Origin: a virus
Taxonomy: Duplodnaviria > Caudoviricetes
Reading direction: 5' to 3' (one strand)
Virus record (IMG/VR): IMGVR_UViG_3300032030_000005
Location: 224,001-288,000 of that record
DNA: 64,000 nt
Shown here piece after piece: positions 62,126-64,000 of this stretch (its first letter is position 1; each line of letters opens with the position of its first letter). A program made the position numbers and the translations under genes. The notes under the pieces are model-generated. The model was not told the DNA's origin and did no database searches. It saw only the letters and a list, made by a program, of their open reading frames with translations.

Positions 62126-62264
62126 AATAAAAGTCCTCCTTTAATATAATTATTTTCTTGGGATCATAGAAATAATATTTCTACATGTATATAATATATA
62201 TGTGAAAACCGTATCAAATGTAGATATTGAATATATATTATAATTGTGTAAAATAGAAACATTA

Positions 62265-62300
62265 AGTGACATGGACAGGTCACTATAATAAAAGGTCCAT
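62265..62300 (+). ncRNA. 5'-leader H-type pseudoknot D
   Basis: S1 AGTGAC/GTCACT, loop ATGGACAG, S2 TGGAC/GTCCA. Confidence 0.65.
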
Positions 62301-62318
62301 CCATAAGGAGGTTATATT

Positions 62319-62537
62319 ATGGATATGACAATTACAATAACTACAAAATGCGATGAAAGAGAAGCGAGATACCTCTCAAAAGCGGCAGCTCGCGAGAAGG
62401 CACTTGAAGCTCTTAGACTTCTTAACATGATCGATAACAGAATGGATAAATTTAATAATGATTGGTCTGATATTGAGCAGGCTAAGACTTGTATCCGTTA
62501 TGCTCTTGATCATTTGGATTCAGCTTTAGGAGAATAA
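62319..62537 (+). CDS. small early helical protein
   Basis: Promoter 62234, RBS AAGGAGG. Confidence 0.75.
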   Translation: MDMTITITTKCDEREARYLSKAAAREKALEALRLLNMIDNRMDKFNNDWSDIEQAKTCIRYALDHLDSALGE

Positions 62538-62669
62538 TCCTAAAGCTGAATTAGAAAAGTTAACCCAATCCGGATATGGTGAGGGTTAACTTTTTTAGTA
62601 ATTTTTTTTAATTATATATTATATATGTGTCGATAAAAAGACGTTATTATTTCAAGGGGAGGAATAGCA

Positions 62670-62705
62670 ATGTATAATTATTACTACTTATTTAAAGATG
62701 GTTAA
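62670..62705 (+). CDS. 11-codon minigene MYNYYYLFKDG
   Basis: Early promoter 62615, RBS GGGGAGG. Confidence 0.35.
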   Translation: MYNYYYLFKDG

Positions 62706-62763
62706 TAAAATTTATTTTTAAAAAACATTATCAACATAAAAATATTATAAGGAGTAAAAAACA

Positions 62764-63369
62764 ATGACAATTAAGGAAATAAAAAATACAAATAAGGTAA
62801 TATTAGAAATAAAAGATAAAGCAATAATGTTACCAAAAGAATTAGGTGAATACTTAATAAAAACTAATGGATTAAATGATTCCAATATAGTAATCACCGA
62901 ATCTACAACTGGCGTTAAAACTCTTAAAATTAAGAGTTTAACATACACTATCTTAGATGATGGTGAAAAAGAAAAGGTGTTAAATCTTTACAAAGAAAAG
63001 TTTAACATCAAAAATATAATAGAAAATAAAGAAAAGAAGGAAGAAAATAATATGAAAGTAAATATTCGATTTATGAATCCTAAGAAGGATTCAGAAAAGA
63101 CAAATCCGTTTAAGAAATTTATACTATCAATCATTAAACCAAAAATCGTTGATAGAGAATTTAAAGATTTCACAGAAGTAAGTTCCGTAGTCTATGATGC
63201 TCTCAAACCGTTTATGACGGACAACTCTAAATGGACTATTGAGGATAACACTAAGGCTGAAGGTCTTGTTATTAAAAATGAATATAAGAAGGAAGGCAGA
63301 GAATTTCCTTCTCATAATATCTTCTTTATCAATAAAGTTGAAGAAGATAAGACTGCTGAAACTAAGTAA
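62764..63369 (+). CDS. hypothetical protein
   Basis: RBS AAGGAG. Confidence 0.7.
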   Translation: MTIKEIKNTNKVILEIKDKAIMLPKELGEYLIKTNGLNDSNIVITESTTGVKTLKIKSLTYTILDDGEKEKVLNLYKEKFNIKNIIENKEKKEENNMKVNIRFMNPKKDSEKTNPFKKFILSIIKPKIVDREFKDFTEVSSVVYDALKPFMTDNSKWTIEDNTKAEGLVIKNEYKKEGREFPSHNIFFINKVEEDKTAETK

Positions 63370-63390
63370 AAACAATTAAGTTTTTATATG

Positions 63391-63432
63391 ATCCCATAAG
63401 ACAATATGTCTTATGGGATTATTTTTTTTTTT
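63391..63432 (+). terminator. palindrome-family terminator
   Basis: ATCCCATAAGACA/TGTCTTATGGGAT plus T-run. Confidence 0.8.
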
Positions 63433-63512
63433 AACTGTAATAAAATATTTACTTGAATATATATTATAATTATGAATATTCAACATAATAAATCATGAAA
63501 GGAGGTGATATC

Positions 63513-63668
63513 ATGTTTGGATTCGGTAGTACATCTACCAAGACATCTTCCAAGAAGAAGTCCGGAAGAATCTTTGGAGGTAGCTATAGCTATAGCTCTT
63601 CATCTTCAAAGAGTTCAAGTGGTTCTTCTTCAAAGAAGACTAAGATCACTTATAAAAAGAAGAAGTAA
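63513..63668 (+). CDS. 51-aa Ser/Lys-rich basic protein (not in ORF track)
   Basis: Early promoter 63460, RBS AAAGGAGGTGAT; MFGFGSTSTKTSSKKKSGRIFGGSYSYSSSSSKSSSGSSSKKTKITYKKKK. Confidence 0.75.
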   Translation: MFGFGSTSTKTSSKKKSGRIFGGSYSYSSSSSKSSSGSSSKKTKITYKKKK

Positions 63669-63823
63669 AATTCTTCAAATGAGATGATCTACTCTGAATA
63701 AGATTCCGAGTTGGTTAGCTTGGGAACAGAATTAACTAAAAAAATAATTCCTTATATGAGGAGTTATTTTTTTTATTTTTTATAACTAAATATATATTAT
63801 AATTATACTAAGGAGGAATTATT

Positions 63824-64000
63824 ATGAAAAAGAAAACTTTAAAAGAATTTGAAAATCAATTAATATCTATAGATCCTGAATATTCATTAACTGAAAATAG
63901 TGTATATATAAATGATTCAACGCCTATTGAAATTAAACATAATAAATGTAATAATATTTTTATGATGAGACCGGGTAAATTTATAGGAACTAAAAACACT
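63824..64000 (+). CDS. truncated ORF; N-terminus typical of phage homing-endonuclease-associated zinc-ribbon repeat proteins
   Basis: MKKKTLKEF...YINDSTPIEIKHNKCNNIFMMRP; RBS AAGGAGG; runs off the window. Confidence 0.5.
   Translation, partial: MKKKTLKEFENQLISIDPEYSLTENSVYINDSTPIEIKHNKCNNIFMMRPGKFIGTKNT

Noticed and set aside
63505-63687. 60-aa ORF from the track
   Set aside because: Its start overlaps the RBS; the better-supported gene is the 63513-63668 frame.
1-64000. CRISPR array, tRNA or rRNA genes
   Set aside because: No regularly spaced repeat-spacer units or cloverleaf/rRNA signatures were seen in the short intergenic regions by eye.
1-64000. Stop-codon reassignment
   Set aside because: Long core genes are intact in code 11. 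The two broken genes are explained by an intron and a frameshift.

Overview
This AT-rich window is a segment of a jumbo bacteriophage of the phiKZ/AR9(PBS1)-related type. The host is probably an anaerobic Firmicute (AGGAGG RBSs, nrdG). Core genes include a split family-B DNA polymerase subunit, an RNA polymerase beta'-C subunit, an SF2 helicase, a 5' nuclease-like protein, and a T4 gp21-type prohead protease interrupted by a 379-nt group I intron (11525-11903). It also carries an AcrIII-1/DUF1874 ring nuclease, vWA, AAA+ and Dps-like genes, and a long block of late virion/fibre genes (CotH, Ig-like, BspA-LRR, SGNH). Two promoter classes are visible: early TATATTAT (16 copies) and late AACA-N5-TTAT (about 13 copies). 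The most notable pattern is a putative head-cargo system around the protease. Five neighbouring proteins share a 9-residue N-terminus resembling the T4 capsid-targeting sequence. One is an 893-aa multi-enzyme polyprotein with L/Y-x-E linkers between domains, and the others are glycine-zipper proteins, one with an ADP-ribosyltransferase-like domain. A second notable pattern is a set of covarying H-type pseudoknots in the 5' leaders of five early genes. All assignments come from motif recognition by eye; no searches were run. Several start codons were refined from RBS positions.
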